This document shows positions 11,521-24,866 of a stretch of 64,000 nt of DNA, piece by piece; the stretch's first letter is position 1; every line of letters starts with the position of its first letter. The DNA is from the human T2T-CHM13v2.0 reference genome, Homo sapiens: assembly GCF_009914755.1 (NCBI RefSeq), contig NC_060942.1; one strand, 5' to 3'. The notes under the pieces were generated by a model. That model saw nothing but the letters and a program-made list of their open reading frames with translations. It had not been told where the DNA came from and did not search any database. Position numbers and translations under genes: made by a program.

Positions 11521-14500
11521 GGGATAATTTGAAACATAGGGAGAGCCACATATTTATTCCAAAGTCTCAAACAAAAAACTTACTCTACAGCAAAAAAAAA
11601 AAAAAAAAAAGGATATTCAGACGTTGTTCTGGTTTTGTTCTTTAAAATGAACTTTGTTTAAACATTCACCAAGATTCTGTGTATGTATGTGTATACATGT
11701 GTGTGGTGTACATTTTAGCTTGGGTTCGTTTCATAGTTTAACAACAAAAATTCACCTAGCTTGAGTTTGTCTCAGTTGCATGTTCAAAAACAGTGTTCAT
11801 TATTGGTTGGTTTTTCAATAGACTTCAAGCCTCCAATATATACATTCCTTCCCTGGAATATACCAGTGGCTTAAAACAAAGTTCACTAAACCATTCTACT
11901 TCCTTCATTCCTGGGGTCTCTGAACATATCCCACTGTATGGTTAAAACTGGATGTGAACAAGTCCAGTTATAAGGGGAAGACTTCCGGACAGGGCAGTAA
12001 AACACAGAGTGGGCCACAGAGGAGGCTTGTGGAAAGTCCTTCTCCAAGGCTCTAGGATTGGCACAGCCTTTCTGTCATTGAAAGGGGAAGGCAAGGGCTA
12101 CCCGAAGGGCTGGGGGCTGAACTAGAACTGTCCTGTGAACATCTTCCTTCCAGCCTAGAAATTCTCTGATACTTGGCCCAGAACCACGAAGACCGTTTTT
12201 CCTGGCTTGGCCCATGGTCCCCACCCAAGGCTTTCTTCTAGAAGGAATACATGTAGGAGTCAGAAAGGTCTGGATCCCAACCCTGAGGCCGACCTCAGGT
12301 GTGCTATGTAGCCTGTCACCCTCAATTTCCTCCTCTGTGAAAGCAGAATGAGCAAGATCACCGCTCAGATGTGTCATGAGGAGTAACGTGTCATGACACC
12401 GGCGTGTGAAGCTTCAGCGAAAAGCCCAGTCTTGAGCGTGGTCACGAGTCATTACTTCGTGGTGAGCAGTAGTATTAGTGGGGAACAGTAGTATTAGTGT
12501 GCTTTCTCCATGATACAAAACTACCTCGGAAGTCCCAAAGAGTTCTATCCAACATTTGTGGAGTATCTGCTCTGTGCTTAGTACTGGGGGATTCAATGAT
12601 GAAAAAGAAAAAAAAAAAAAAAAAAAGGCACAGTCCTTGCCCTTGAGGGTCTTCTAGTCTGGGAGGAAATGGACAAACAGAAAATACCAATACAGCTGTA
12701 GAAAGCAGTAACAAGTGATCTTGTGCCTTTTTTAACCAAGAGGGTAAGTTCAGTTTCATATCCTCTTACCCTGTAAGGGACAAATCTTTTTACCTTAGGA
12801 AATGGCTACAGACAGCAGAACAGCAGTGGTGATTAGCTGTGCAGACAAATGCAAAAGAAGCCCATGTCCAGAGTGTGATCAGAAGAACACAAAGAGTGAA
12901 GTTGGCTGCAGGGAGAGGGTACTTAGCATGGGGACTTCTCTGAGAGATCCCATCATCCATCACCAGCCCTAAGGAGCCAGGGCTTGGCAGCACCCCCACC
13001 CACCACTCAGTCTGGGCTGAGAAGTCCTCGGGTTGTTTCTCCCAGGGCCATCCAAGGAGATCCTCCCATCCCAGCAGCCAGCTCCTCATCCACTGGTTCC
13101 CAGCGGGAACAACATGACCTGTGCTCCATGACCTTGCTCAGCTATCAGTAGGGCCGCTCTACGTGGACAGCTGCCCTTTCAAAAGCCCAGGGAACTCAGA
13201 AGGACCTCTCTCCCCAGAGTGGAGAATGGGTTCCTGGTTACCAAGAAGGTACTGATGGCCAAATAGCACCAGAGGGTGCCACCTTGAGGTCTCCATGAAG
13301 CCAAGACATGCCACTGCTACACAGAGACTCAAACCAAGCTACCACTTTCTTCTTCTTGGTTTCTTCGAAGTATATTAGTCTTGCCCTACCCACAAGAAAG
13401 TCTTCTGACACCTAATTTCCACGCTTTAGCCTGTTAAGGAAAGTACCCAAAACTTGCGGACAAAGGAAGAGGATCACAGTCATTGTTCAACAGGATCATT
13501 GAGGATGATCTAGTGAAAGAGAATGCTTTGCTATTTCCCATTTACACAGAACCCACTCAGACACTTTAAGTTACAGGTTAACTTTTAGGTTTCTGTGCAG
13601 TAGAAAAGATAACTCCCAAAGTTTATTACCTGTCAAACATTAACCAGTTTTATATCTATTTCAAAATGTATTTCCGCATTCCTTTGCCTGATGGACTATC
13701 TAAATCTTCATTCCTCAAATGCTCCTTTGAACAACTCTTGCCATTGTACAGGTTCCCTCATGATTTAGTAAGTTCAAGAAGACCTTTGCTCCACGTTCAT
13801 ATTATATTTGAGAGATTTCAACTCTTTGAAAATGATACAAGACAGTGACATATTTCATGGAGGCACAAATGAAGGGAAACGCTGGACTGGAAGTAGGCAT
13901 GAGAGAAATTAGCAAACATTTGAAAACCCACTTGAAATAATATAAATGATCTCTCAATAAACAAATGAATTATAACTCTTAAATATTCTCAAGTGTTAGC
14001 ATGGAGAAAGCAAATGGGTTCAACTAAGCCAGACACTGTCACCAAGGAGAAATGAAGCAAACATCACTAGGAATCAAAGGCCTTAGCCACGCGTCATCAG
14101 TAAGTAGAATGCTTACTAATGACATATGCTCCCCAGGGGAAGGTTAGGTTTATCGTAAATACACATCAAATGGAAAAGGGACCCGCAAATATTCAAGTGG
14201 TAATTCTGAGCTCAGAGCAAGGCTGATGAATGGAAAAACAGTGAAAATACTGGTTAATTGCTCTTGGCTGACAGCTTCAGAAAATAATTTAAAATGAATA
14301 ATTAGTACCTTTTTAAGTGAAGCTCTAGGGAACCTCCTTGACTTAAAAAGCAAACCATTTCTTTTCCTTTATAATAATTCTTAAGCCATACCTAAGACAG
14401 GCAGGGTAATGGTGACATTTTAGGCAAAGTGGTTATGCTATCAATTACAATCCAGTTAGATGCTCTGGAGTGATGTTAGTAGAAATGAAATCATAGCTCA

Positions 14501-14882
14501 AGTATTCCATGATTACATTTGAGAAATAGTTTCCAGACATATGTTCCAAGCAGACATATATGATTTAATTAAACAGAAAACTCAGATTTTCTCACTTTTT
14601 CAGTCTACTGGTGACAAAATTAAGGGGATTGGAACCCCTCCCATTTCTTAGGGAGCTAAACTGGGAACCCTTTGGCAGAGGGTTGACTTTTGAACCAGGT
14701 GATTTGTTTCTAGATTGTGTCAGATGAAGCTTGAATTCATCAGTTCACTTGAACAAGCATTTATTGCCAAGAAAAGCTGCTTAAGGAAGCCAGTAATCAG
14801 GTTTATTCCACAGGGGATATTCTTGGCAATGATTCTCACGCTCATCTCTTGCCTCCTCATTCTTCTCTCCTTTATTATCTTA

Positions 14883-15193
<311 letters not shown>

Positions 15194-15730
15194 TCATAGG
15201 GACCCAGAAATAAACAGGTTTTCCCATCTTAGTGATGGCTGCTGGTCACCCTCAATAGCTGTTACTTTTCTGTAACCTCATAGATTGCTGTTGTTGTTGT
15301 TTTTATTCATCTCCTTAGCTTTGTTTGACCTTTATCAGATTACTGGGAATTTATGAAACAGAAAACACACCCAAGTTAAATTCACAGACATACAGATGAG
15401 AGCTCTTTAATCTTAGGACCACAGAACCTCAGACTAGAATATCATTTGACATGTTCCTTCCCCTGATTTAAAAAATGTAGTGAAAGGTTGTGTGACTTCC
15501 CAAAACCCCAGAACTCAATTCTGGCAAAACCTGGGCAAGAATCCTCCATCATTTTCCCCATCCAGACACTTGTCTTCCGATATTTAGTCTTTTTTAATAT
15601 TGTGGATGTGGAATCTCTGCTTCAATTTTCCTTTTCACGTCCTATAATTTATTCTTTTTTCTTTTTTACAACCATGTTGTGAAATAAACAAGCAACAACT
15701 GTGAAAAGTAACCAGGGAAAAACATCGCAC

Positions 15731-15878
15731 CTTCTCTGCACTTGGGCTATGGACTTTGAATCTTTTGTCCAGCAGATAGTAGAATCTTCATGAATTTCTG
15801 CAAATTGGCAGCTTAATTTTACATTTCCAGAGTGTTCAGGGAACATCTCAGCTTGGATCTTTTTCAGTAATACTGGAG
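15731..15878 (-). CDS. ALPK2: ALPK2 exon (probably 6), 148 nt, first half of the Ig-like domain ([49 protein letters not shown])
   Basis: Acceptor tcttgtttctag|CTCCAG; donor AGAAG|gtgcga. Ig I-set hallmarks L-S-C and W-x-K-D. Phase 1 to 2. Confidence 0.95.
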
Positions 15879-17554
15879 CTAGAAACAAGATATTTGAAGG
15901 TCAGTGTAACAAAAGACTTTCCCATTTCATACCATTTAATTCTCATAACAATCCTGAGAGACAGGAATATTAATTATTATCCCCAATTATGGAAGTGAGA
16001 ATTGAGTCTCTGAGGGGAGAGGTGGCTTGCCTAAATAGTCGGAAAATTTACAAATCAATCTAATAGAAAATGCTCACTTCCATTACTTAAAATTCTTTAG
16101 GTGCAGCCTGTAATGCTTAAAGTGAAATAGAACTTGAGAGATTTTTTCTAAAGGGGATGAGAGGTGGGAGGATTTTAGATATCTATTCTATAGGATCTCA
16201 TCCAAATAAAGATGTTTTTAAATGATTACCAGATCATCCAGGTCGAAATCAGAGCTAGGAATTAGGGAGTAGAATAAAATCTGGATTATCCAAAAAACTA
16301 CGGCTAAGCCCCCAAAATGTAAAAGACACCTCAACAATAGGTTATTGGCTGAATAATATTCATCTTTTCCCTTTTATCACACTTGTCTTTGCTGAAGATA
16401 ACCTAGTAGATTGGAGTGATGTCTGATATCAACCTCATTAGCAAAAGAGAATAGAAGCAATAAGGAAACAATTCCCACTGGTTGGGCTGAGACCTTTGAA
16501 ATATCACCTCAGTATCAATATCAGTGAGGAACAATTAGCATGCTAATGTGTAATTAGCTAGGGCAGCCACTGGGCGGCAGCCTAGACATTAGAACAAGAC
16601 AAGGATGAGGCCCCTGTCCCGAGTGGTCGTAACAATTGGGTAGGAAATGAGATTACTGCAGATGTGTGAGTCTATCACAAATTAAGTAGCATAACTCCAC
16701 AGCGTTGGTAACACAAAAAAGTACATCAGTATAAAACATATGTAATCCGTAGCCAAACCAAGATCACCAATACTGAGACTTTGCTCCACTGCCTCAAATT
16801 ATACTACGGTGAAAATATCCATGAATTCAAGGTGCTTCTCATCTCTCCTTGGCACCAGCAGATGCTAGGATGACAGAATGCATATTTAAAAGCTAATTCT
16901 CTACCCTGGAAGTGATAATGGGCCTGTTGGGTAGCAAATCTTTCAACCAGAGAGTAACCAAGACTGCTAACAGTATCCTGGGAGCCAAGTGGATAATTGA
17001 GAGAGAGAGAAAATGTAACAAGTACGTATTGATGGCAAACCCGCATCAGTGCATTTGGGCCTGCTGGTTCCTGCCCAAGCTGAGACCGTGTTCAGGTTCA
17101 CAATGTCAAACTCTTGGTCCAGGTCTCGACCAAGCCCACCTCCTCATCTGGGCCATTTCCTAGAGGGTCTTTCCAACACCATGCAGTGGCCGGCTTCATG
17201 GGTGATGTGGGGACACCTAAATATTCCTAAGCCTGCCAGAACCTGTTGTACCGAACACAAGGAAAATTGGAGGATGGCGGGAAGGGCATGAAATGGGCAG
17301 CAGAACTGAATGATGGATGGTCTGTGGGAGATTTGAAGCTTGTTTAGCCGAGGGGCTTTGGGCTTTGGATAGGACCCCTGACTATGTGAGACAGAGGTGG
17401 AAAGTGCAGCTGAACGAGCTCAAAGGAGACCTGGAGTGCAGCTAGTTTTTTCTTCCGTGTGCAGGTTGGGCTAGTGTTGAGGGAAAACGGTAGTAAAGTC
17501 CCCGGTGAATAAAAAGTTTCTGTTGTACTAAGCTTTGGACATCAAAAACGATTA

Positions 17555-17851
<297 letters not shown>

Positions 17852-18308
17852 TTTTTTAAAAACATTACTTAGGGTTTATTTCTTTTATAATGATCCAAGT
17901 CACTGCTCCCCTCATCCTAACTCCCGCCCCACCAGTTAACTGGTGGGAAGGCATTAAATCTGTGCTCCTTTGGGGATAGCAGGGTGGGTACCAGACTGCT
18001 GGGTAGGGCACAGTCGAGATGTCAGCCAAGGGGTCTGAAGTGTACCAGCCGGAAAGCAGTGACGAGGACTCAGGATCTTACAAAAGCCATCACAAGAAGG
18101 AAGGAGAACTTCCTAATCTGGTGTCTTCCTGGTGGCAACTTTTGTTATTTTTAAGCAATGAAATTGCTGTTGCTTACACTGAGAAAACAAAATAAAAAAC
18201 CTTTGAGTGCTCAATGGTGGAGTAGATTCTTAAAGGAATTGGCCCACGGCTAGAAAACCGTAACGAACAACTAGAAGGTGATAAGTTGAAAAAAAAAAAA
18301 AAAAAAAA

Positions 18309-18577
18309 AGGACGGGCATGCGGGCATGGTGGCTCATTTTGGGAGGCCAAGGCGGGCAGATCACAAGGTCAAGAGATCTAGACCATCCTGGCCAACATGG
18401 TGAAACCCCGTCTCTACTAAATATACAAAAATTAGCTGGGCATGGTGGTGCACACCTATAGTCCCAGCTACTCGGGAGGCTGAGGCTGGAGGATCGCTTG
18501 AACCAGGAGGTGGAGGTTGTAGTGAGCCGAGATTGCACCACTGTGCTCCAGCCTAGTGACAGAGCAAGGCTCCGTCT

Positions 18578-18608
<31 letters not shown>
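18309..18608 (+). mobile_element. Alu (AluSc-like, rearranged 5' end)
   Basis: gatcacaaggtcaagagatctagaccatcctggcc diagnostic stretch; long poly(A). Confidence 0.92.
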
Positions 18609-18610
<2 letters not shown>

Positions 18611-19349
18611 GGCTGTTGTCAAGGGCTGGCCCTCTGAATGCTGCCATTCCAAAAGGTAAATGCCAGAAGAGAATTATTTTTCCTGTCTCTTGTCATCATC
18701 TGTGTTGATTCGTATGGATTAGTGCCCACAGTGGATTCATATTAGATAAATATTCAGTGCATTCATTATCAAAGTCACCATGGAAAATAACATGTCCTTA
18801 ATAAATGGATGAATATGTTGGTCAAGCAGTTATTTCCCATCAGTCGATGGCCCTTCCAGTGCAATAACCTAGTGCTGGTTTGTAGTTAGATCAGGGAGCT
18901 GTGATCCTAAAGAAAAGTGGGTGCCAGTGTTCCAGAAACCCGTTCTAATTTTCTCTGCAAAGAAAATCCCCACACGAGAGGGGAGAGGTTGGCCGCCAGT
19001 GGCAACTCCTCCGAAGCTGGGAAAGGACTGCAGGGTCAGAACCTACCCCGGCATGGGCAAAACCTGCCTGGGACTCCCATTTACCTGCTGACTCAAGGGT
19101 AACTCTGGTGAACCTCCCCCTCCTGCTCCGTCACCAGATGACTCCTACCTTCTGGCCGAGGCCCTGAGTTTTTCAGAGAGGAGGAGCTGTGGATGCCAGC
19201 ACCACTCTTTCTCCTAATGCTAGGTTGGTATCAACTCAGACACAATGATCTTTTGCCTGAACTAAGCTCTCTATTTATTTCATAAGCATACTGAGCATAA
19301 GCATTGCCTCATTTTTTATTTAAAAACACTAATTTAAAAAAACAGTAAC

Positions 19350-19565
19350 TAACAACCATGAGAGCTGTGTTAGGCCATGTGCCATTCAAATTGCTTTGCA
19401 TTTTTATACCTGAGAGGAGTCTTATCATTAGCATCCCCATTTTACAGGTGGGGAAAGTGAGGCACCCAGAGGCTAAGGCATTTGCCCAGGGCTATCCAGG
19501 TACTGCCAGAGGCCAGACTTGAACCCAAGCAATGTAACTCCTAATCTATACCCTAACCACCGTGA
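19350..19565 (-). mobile_element. MIR
   Basis: ccccattttacaggtggggaaagtgaggcacccagaggctaagg...gacttgaaccca. Confidence 0.75.
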
Positions 19566-20092
19566 TACAACTTGCCCCAGATGGACCCAAACATCCGCTA
19601 GTATCTCTAACTGAATCTTTGCCTCTTAATGGCCTCTGTGTTGTGGGTGGCATGAGTAACAACCCTTCAGTGGTCTGGCCTGGAAAAGTCTTTGGTTGTC
19701 TCTACCCCGTAGTCTCCGGCAGGGCCCTCTCAGGACAAGGCTGGCTGCCCTCGCATCTACCTGCTTTGCTCAGACCAGTGGCTCCCAGAAGGCGGCATGC
19801 TCGGTCTTTGCAGCCTTTAGTGCAATGGCGAGGTTGTGCTGCAGCTGAAATCAAAGTCTTTGACGGCGATTGATTTCAACACTGCCTATCTGGACAGTCC
19901 TCTTACCCATGGGTAACTTGAAAAGTCACAGGCAAGAATTCCAAAAAGGTGGTTTTGCTTGTCTACCTTTACCTGCAAAGGAACCCCTATCCCCAAACAA
20001 GGGGGTTGAGGCTGGTCCCCAGAGGCAATCTATTCAGCCTCTGGGCTGAAACCAATTTTGAGAGCTTTTGAAACATTGCTTCATTCTATTTA

Positions 20093-20418
<326 letters not shown>

Positions 20419-21200
20419 TAAAATATAGATACTAATAACCTGATTGGATACTTCCAAACTCTTCAGAAGGCAGTTTTGTCTTTAAACCTTTCTGCAACAG
20501 GGGTTAGGACCCATTTGATGGGATGGGAATAACAAACGCCAGCCTCAAAATCTAAGGACTCAGGTTAAGAGAGGAGAAAATTCTTCCCTTCTGATCAGCC
20601 ATCCGTAGCTTTTCGCTCCAGAGCACACAGGCCACTGTAGCTTGCTGCAATATTTTCTCTTCTGACTTCTACCAGGGTGTGTGGGGAGAGAAAGAAGAGC
20701 TCTGAAATAAAACAGGCTAAAATTTGGTCTATAAATGGAATTTGGGACTGAAATGATTCCTCAGACAAAGTAGAATTAACTGCAATTTCAGGACTTTTTT
20801 TTTTTTTTAACAGCATCATAGGTAGAGGTTGATCAAGGACTTTTGAGGCTTGAGTGGTCTGAAACCTAGAACAGAGACCTCAGAGGATTTTAGATTTAGA
20901 TAAATGGGAAGGGTGAGTTGAAAAGAAATGTTACACTCAAATTTGGAAGAAAAACCAAGGTTCAAGGAAGTTATTTTTAATGAAAAATCAGTGATTAAAG
21001 AGGAGAATCCCAATTTGTACCAAAATATTCATTTCCACAAATCCTGCTTAGTGCATGGTCTATTTCATTATACTAATTAGCTACACTGATTAATGCTTCT
21101 GTTTATATTTTTAAATAGATTTTGTAAAAGAGGATAATGAAACGGAAAAGCACCTTCATCACATTCCCCTCCAACAGACATGCCTACAGGCGGCCTTTAT

Positions 21201-21341
21201 CAGTGGTTCTCAATCGTGGTTCTCCCGATAGATCACCTGGGAACTTGTTAGAAGTGCAAATTTCACACACTGGGGGAGGGGAGCAATCTGGGTTTTAACA
21301 AGTCCTCCAGGTGATTCTGATGCCACATGCTGAAGCCACTT
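21201..21341. mobile_element. MER5A-like hAT-Charlie MITE remnant
   Basis: Termini cagtggttctcaa...aagccactt; internal gatcacctgggaacttgttagaagtgc and ctccaggtgattctgatgc. Confidence 0.7.
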
Positions 21342-21475
21342 GGCCACAACCATAGCATCAATGCCCACCTGGGGGACACTGGCCTTAATTGCAAAGGACC
21401 CTCGAGGACACAGGAACTGGATACCTGGTCTACAAGCCCAAACTTTAACAATGATGGACAGCAACAGAGCCTCAC

Positions 21476-24400
21476 CTCTTCCTTCTCTTTTGCAAGATGG
21501 CTTTTTTGGGTCTTGTTTCTCTTCTGTGTGTGATAATGATGTTTCGAGTTTGGGCATCTTTTTAAGAAAGGCTGAGTTCTTTCTGATATTTTCCTTTTCT
21601 TCCAGTTTCAGCCTCAGTGCTGCCACCCTGGACAAAATTTTCTTCTTTACTCCCTCAGCTAAATGTCCACTGCCTGGGGCTTCTGGCTTCCTCTTGACCT
21701 CCTCTGACCCCGTCACTGCTGTGAGGGTCCCTGGCGATTTGCCTGCTCGGGCTTCCAGGGACTTCTCTCTCTCCCTGGACTTTTTCGCACAGCCCAGGGT
21801 GCCCTTTTGACATGGATCCTGCAGTAACTTAGGGGCTTTCTCTAACTCACGTTCTCCTGAAATAAATGCCAAGGTCTTCGCTGAGGAGCTAGATGAGCTT
21901 GGGGGTTTGGTTTCCCCAATTTGAAGCACCTCTATTTTAGGTTCCTCCATTTTGTGGCTTATCAAAAAGTCTGTGACATTTCCTTCAGGAGATGAAGTAC
22001 AAGGGAACCTGGTAAGATCAGGAGAAGAGGGCAAAGGTTTCCCACGCTCATTCTCAATAGTTCCCCTTTTCTGTGAAACAGGAAACACATACTGACGCTT
22101 TCTGGGCTCAACTATGTCATTTTCAGGGACGTCATGAATTTGGCCTGTGGAGTTGTGCGTGTCAACCCCAAGAGAAGCGTGAGTCATTATTGGAAGACAA
22201 CTAGAAAGAGGTGAAGTGGGGGAAATCAATTCTGCTTTGTCCTTTTTGCTTTGCTCAGCCTCCCCTAAGCTCCCATCACTGCTTTCTTGTATTTGGCCTA
22301 TGCTACATCCACTTGGAATTCTTTCACCGCCTTCGCTGGGTTGCAGGACTTGCCAAATGGCAGTTTTTGCCTCCTCAGGTTGAATTTGTTCTGCCTCCTG
22401 CTTCATACTGCCTTCTTGGCTTCTGCTGATTCTATTTTCACTCAGAATGGTTCCCTGGAGACATGGAACTTGCAAAATGGCCGGCTGGATTTCCGCTTCG
22501 TGGCCCATGTTTCCGTCATTTGATTGACCCCCTTCTCTGGCGCCCTGTGGTGTGGTTTCAGAGGGCTCTGGTTTTCCAGCCCTGGTGTACTCTATCACAC
22601 TTATCTCATCAATGGGATCTACAGAGGACTCTAGGATTTTAGGGCAGGTCAGAAACTTTTTAAAGAAGGCAGTGTGATCCATCTTGAGTTGTTTTTCCTC
22701 CTGGTCTTGACTCACATTGTTAACATTTTCCTTCCCTCCAGTTTCAGAAGCCGCTGACAGTGAATCTGTGACAGATAACTCCTTTTCATCTACAGGGTCC
22801 ACGGATGACTCCAGGAGTCTCGGTTGGCTGAAACCCCGGGAAGAAAGACTTCTCCAGTGTACACTGATGGTGGGCTCTTCGCCTTTATGGCTTTCTCTGC
22901 TATCAGCAAGGGCTGACTCAGCATCCTCTGGACTGTGAGCCAATGCTGCTATTTCAGAGGGGGCCAATTCAGGCACAACAGCATCTGCCTTTAGACTATC
23001 AGGTACAGCCCAGACCTTGTCAGGAATTATGAGACCACCGTCTGATGCCTTGCTCTCAGAATTTGTCAGTTGTCGTGGTGGCCAGATTTCAGAAGCGGAA
23101 GCCTCTAGAGTTATAATCTTCAGCTTGTTGCCTGCCTCCCAATTTCCAGGTCTATATTCTTTAGACTCTTCCAAAAGGATATCAGAGAGAGATGGAACGT
23201 TGCTCAGAGCCTGACTGTCTTCTTCCCCAGCAGTTTCAGCCACCACGGAGACCCTCGTCCCCCAACCTGAGCGCTGCCCTGCTCCTTCCCTAGAGCTTGC
23301 TGGTGAGGGGGCCGTGGGCACCAAGTTTCTTTCCTCTTGTGCAGCAGATGTCGTAGGCAAACTTTGTTGGAAATCAGGTGCAGAAAGAGAACCCTGCTGG
23401 GACAGGCTCTGCTGCTGGACCCCCTGCTTTGTTTCACTTCCTCTTTCTTGGAAATTCTCTTCATAGCTCCTAAAGTCTGCTCTGTCCACAGTCTGGCTCT
23501 TATCTCCAGACAGGTTATCAACCTGAAGAGGGGAATTACTGCAGAAACCCTCTCCCTCTGGGAGCTGCAGGACATGGTGTGGGACTCCTGGCACACTGGG
23601 TGCCCTGCAAAGTAGCTCTTTTGTAGATTTGATGGTAGCACCACTTAAAATATGATCCACCTGCACTTGGGAAGGAAATTGGGAAACCTTTTCATGGGAT
23701 GCACGAGGGAACCTCTCCTCAGTGCCACCTGCATGCTTGTCCTCAGGAATTGACACAGCAAGGTATTTGGCTGGGTGGACTTCGGTGGCAATGGTAACAG
23801 TTGATGTGTCCTCAGTCTCCCTGGTCGCTTGAAAGCACTCATTATTAGCAGTTAATGTTGTTGGCTTCTCCCAAGGAAAACTCACAATTGAACTATAACT
23901 GGCTGGTGTGGCTGTGGTGTCTGCGGCACTAGGACTGGGGCTCTTGTCACCTCCTTCTTTAAATTGCACTAAAGGATTGTTCTCAGAAGAAAGGAGCTGT
24001 GTTTCATCAAGCCCTCCTGAGTTGCTGGGGCTTGGCTGCTCCTGGCCAGCATGGACTGTGGAGGCCAGTGGGTAGGTGGAATTCTCCACCTTGGCTAGAT
24101 TTTCTCCTGTGGCACCTTCACTAGCTGTGTGTGAAATGTTCAAGGTGAAAGTACTGATAAAAAGAGGGGACATGACTGAGTTGCCGTCCTTGCTGCTTTT
24201 GCACGTAGACACTGAAGTCTCAGACACTTGTGTCTGAAAAAAGACTTCCAGTGTCTTGTCATTAGAAGAACATAAATCAGATACTTTGTTTTGACCTTCT
24301 GCCAGTTCCGTATCTACAGAGCAAATTTCTTGAGGCGAATATTTATCAACTGGTCTCCCAACAAGAGAATCTATGGTATCAAAACACGTTCCTTGGTCAC

Positions 24401-24866
24401 CAGCCTCAAAACACTCCATTGCACACACTGCTTCTCTGTCCCTTGGCTCATCACACACATTTTCCAGGGTGAGGGCAGTATCTGTGGGTTCAGGGGAAGC
24501 AACAGAGACAGCCACAGGCTCCCTGAAGTCAGCACGAGCATCCTTGGGGAGATGCCTTGAGAACACACCTGGGGACATAGTCTCATCATTGGCTTCTGAG
24601 ATGCTCTGCTCATATTTTAGGTCTTCCCTGAAATTGTCAGGTATGTTGCCATCTCTGTCTTGTTTTTCTTCATGCTGTGGACCACAGGTACAGGGTTTGA
24701 CCTCCGAGTGTTGAGCTAATGATGCATTTTCCTTGTGGACCCCTCCTAAGTTTGAGAAGGAAATTGTTGTGGTCCCAGTGAATGGGGACTCCTCCCCAGC
24801 AGGCTCTGAGAAAGCTGGCATCTGGCTGCAAGAGATTGTCTCTCTGACTGTTTCCTGAACTTGTAC
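21476..24866 (-). CDS. ALPK2: ALPK2 giant coding exon (probably exon 5), 3391 nt, phase 0 to 1; Ser/Glu/Pro-rich, probably disordered region [22 protein letters not shown]...[10 protein letters not shown]
   Basis: Acceptor tttcatcttcctag|GTACAA at 24867/24866, in frame with the 1203-aa ORF (ATG at 24821). Donor AAGAG|gtgagg at 21476/21475. The leftover G joins CT of the next exon to give Ala. Confidence 0.96.

Noticed and set aside
12765-13089. Possible extra minus-strand exon (99-aa ORF with donor-like gtaag/gtaaa nearby)
   Set aside because: The flanking Ig exons already join in phase (AG+T = Ser) into a complete domain; no convincing acceptor or protein motif.
21210-21475. C-terminal ~88 codons of the 1203-aa ORF (GEALLLS...RENHD) as coding sequence
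   Set aside because: They lie past a good donor (AG|gtgagg) whose phase matches the next exon, and the tail runs through a MER5-like element. This is intronic read-through; the ORF's ATG is also internal to the exon.
21327-24714. Multiple + strand and alternate-frame ORFs overlapping the giant exon
   Set aside because: Shadow ORFs expected opposite or within a long coding exon; short, with no recognisable protein features.
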